Shown one piece after another: positions 62,218-64,000 of a stretch of DNA of 64,000 nt. Made by a program: the position numbers and the translations under genes. The notes beneath the pieces were generated by a model. It made no database searches. It was not told where the DNA came from and saw nothing but the letters and a program-made list of their open reading frames with translations. The first letter of the stretch is position 1, and each line of letters begins with the position of its first letter. Location: the NCBI GenBank assembly GCA_030295235.1, contig AP026142.1, forward strand, positions 186,001-250,000, given 5' to 3'. This stretch comes from Fistulifera solaris. Its lineage: Eukaryota.

Positions 62218-62930
62218 TTAGTAGTCGTTATTGATCATCCATTCCACAAATTTATCGTCCTCCTCTTCCAACTGTTCTATTTGGAGGTAGTTCCGATTCG
62301 GTCTGATGCGTGACCATGGTTTTCGATGCTTGTTTGCTAATCTGAACTTCTCGAATTGGGAGAAGAACTCTCGGTGCATCGCGGCGTCCATCAGAGAGAG
62401 TTCTGCCATGTCATCAAAGTGACACATGCCACGAATTCGACGAAGCGATCCAAGAATAAGCAATCCAAGCACTATACCGGTCGGATCCATTTTTGCTGGT
62501 CTCCACTGCGCAAACTCGGGAGAATTCAAGATCTCTTTCTTGAAACTGAGAAAGTCTTCGTACGGTCCAAATCGTCTTTTAAACTGAGCCAGCTGTCCCT
62601 TACTCATATCGTGATCGACAAGGTGACAAATATACCAAGTGGACTTGAGAGCTTTTCAAAGAAGTGCTTGGACAGATTCTTTGTTTGCTGGATTGTCCTC
62701 CGTCGGCTCCTCTTTGCTCGAATTTGGGGAGACGGTTTATGGATGAGATTACTGGGAGCAGACGATGGATTTGTGACGGTGCCCGTGTTATTGATTTCGC
62801 AAAGGCGACGGTCTTCCATCCTTGCCTTTTTGCACGGTCGATTGAAGGCTGGCGCAAGCTCTTCCTCATCATGCTCTTCGGCATTTTCGTTAGAATCCTT
62901 GCGGTTGTCGTCGTTACGTAGATCGTTCAT
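62218..62930 (-). CDS. tandem paralog of 60920..61708 (one indel near 62648)
   Basis: STWY..FKRRFGPYEDFL..LLILGSLRRI..FDDMAELSLMDAAMHREFF..RLANKHRKPW. Confidence 0.6.
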
Positions 62931-63558
62931 TATGCTCTGTGTAGCTTCCGTATCATACAATGTGCTTCTAACAAGGTGGAAAGAATACTGCTTTCAAAGA
63001 AGAAGCTTTGACGAAAAGGCAACAATGCTGCTGCGTATGGCTGCTCGTGTGTTTTTTCAGGATGAAGTGTCGTGCCGTGTGGCCGCGCGCCATTAAAATT
63101 CAAACTTGTCCGTTGAGAACCGGAGAACCGCGCAAGCGCAAGGCTAGTTTTGACATCAACACGGCCAAAAGTTTGCTACTGGTACTACGTACAAGGGGAA
63201 AACGGGTGTGACTATGTAACGATTAATTTTACTTAAAGACTGGGTACCGATGCGCATGAGTGAGAGACGAGCTAGGATGGTCATGAGTCAATTTAAACTC
63301 CGTGTAGAAATTTCATGTTGTTGTGTCATCGGGAGCTTTTTTTTTCAGAACATATAATGAATGATGATGATAGTTGTTGAGTGAAAGTATTCTCCTTTGG
63401 AGTAGTTTGTCGACTTCCTATTGTTGGGTGAAAGTACTTATACTTGTACCCTTGTACCCGGTAATTGGCCTTTTGACCTGTACCGGTACCGGTACCGGTA
63501 CTTGACTGACCCGTTTCTCATTGAAGCGGAAAAGCACCATTGCCATTTAATTTAACTC

Positions 63559-64000
63559 ATGGACGAGATAAAGCTTCTGGAACAGGCACCACTCTTTTGT
63601 GCTGACAAGCATGTGAGCTACATTGTTCGCTTGACGCAACAATTGTCCTCACCCGATTCATTCGAAGGCGCTCTCACCGAGCACCTCAAAATGTCAGGGG
63701 TTTATTGGGCGCTCACTGCCTTGTCGCTGTTGACTGCGAAAAAAACGGTCGATGAACTGATGAATACCGCAGAAATAGTGGATTGGGTCATTACATGTTG
63801 GGATGAAACATCGGGAGGCTTTGCAGGCAACACGGGTCAGGATGGTCATATCCTGTATACGCTGTCAGCCCTACAAATACTGGCGTTAACAGATAATTTA
63901 AACGATCCACGCATTCAGTTTGACCGCGTTGTACGCTTTATCGCGTCTTTGCAGCAAACGGACGGATCGTTCGTTGGTGACGCCTTCGGCGAAATTGACA
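63559..64000 (+). CDS. RABGGTB: Rab geranylgeranyltransferase beta subunit (5' part, runs off the window)
   Basis: My translation: DKHVSYI, TEHLKMSGVYWALTAL, GGFAGNTGQDGHILYTLSALQIL and SLQQTDGSFVGDAFGEID. Confidence 0.93.
   Translation, partial: MDEIKLLEQAPLFCADKHVSYIVRLTQQLSSPDSFEGALTEHLKMSGVYWALTALSLLTAKKTVDELMNTAEIVDWVITCWDETSGGFAGNTGQDGHILYTLSALQILALTDNLNDPRIQFDRVVRFIASLQQTDGSFVGDAFGEID

Overview
Eukaryotic nuclear DNA, most likely from a pennate diatom. This is inferred from GT-AG introns, bipartite plastid presequences and CoDi-type copia elements. A repeat-protein family at 47-48.6 kb resembles ones I associate with Fistulifera, which is unverified. Scattered single-base indels in otherwise conserved genes suggest an unpolished long-read consensus. 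The left ~39 kb is a duplication-rich accessory region. It holds at least 6 divergent MscS-like (mechanosensitive channel) genes that share one intron position and range from full-length to membrane-less miniatures. It also holds local pseudogene copies of neighbouring genes and two young Ty1/copia LTR retrotransposons with unusual ends. Element 1 (4300-10970) and its solo LTR have CAAGT...ACTTG termini and 4-bp TSDs. Element 2 (17498-25305) has TG...GA termini, a 6-bp TSD, a PBS matching the D-arm of initiator tRNA, and a 3' LTR containing 1.54 kb copied from its own host flank. The rest is mostly housekeeping genes: HAD hydrolase, ClpS, Kelch protein, mTERF-ankyrin, Na+/H+ exchanger, TMEM94-like, two M43 metalloproteases, a methyltransferase, QCR8, PECR, a sterol desaturase-like gene, ORC2 and RABGGTB. 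There is also a tandem pair of genes apparently derived from the non-catalytic N-terminal half of a PIF/Harbinger-like transposase. All family assignments are by motif recognition; no database searches were run.
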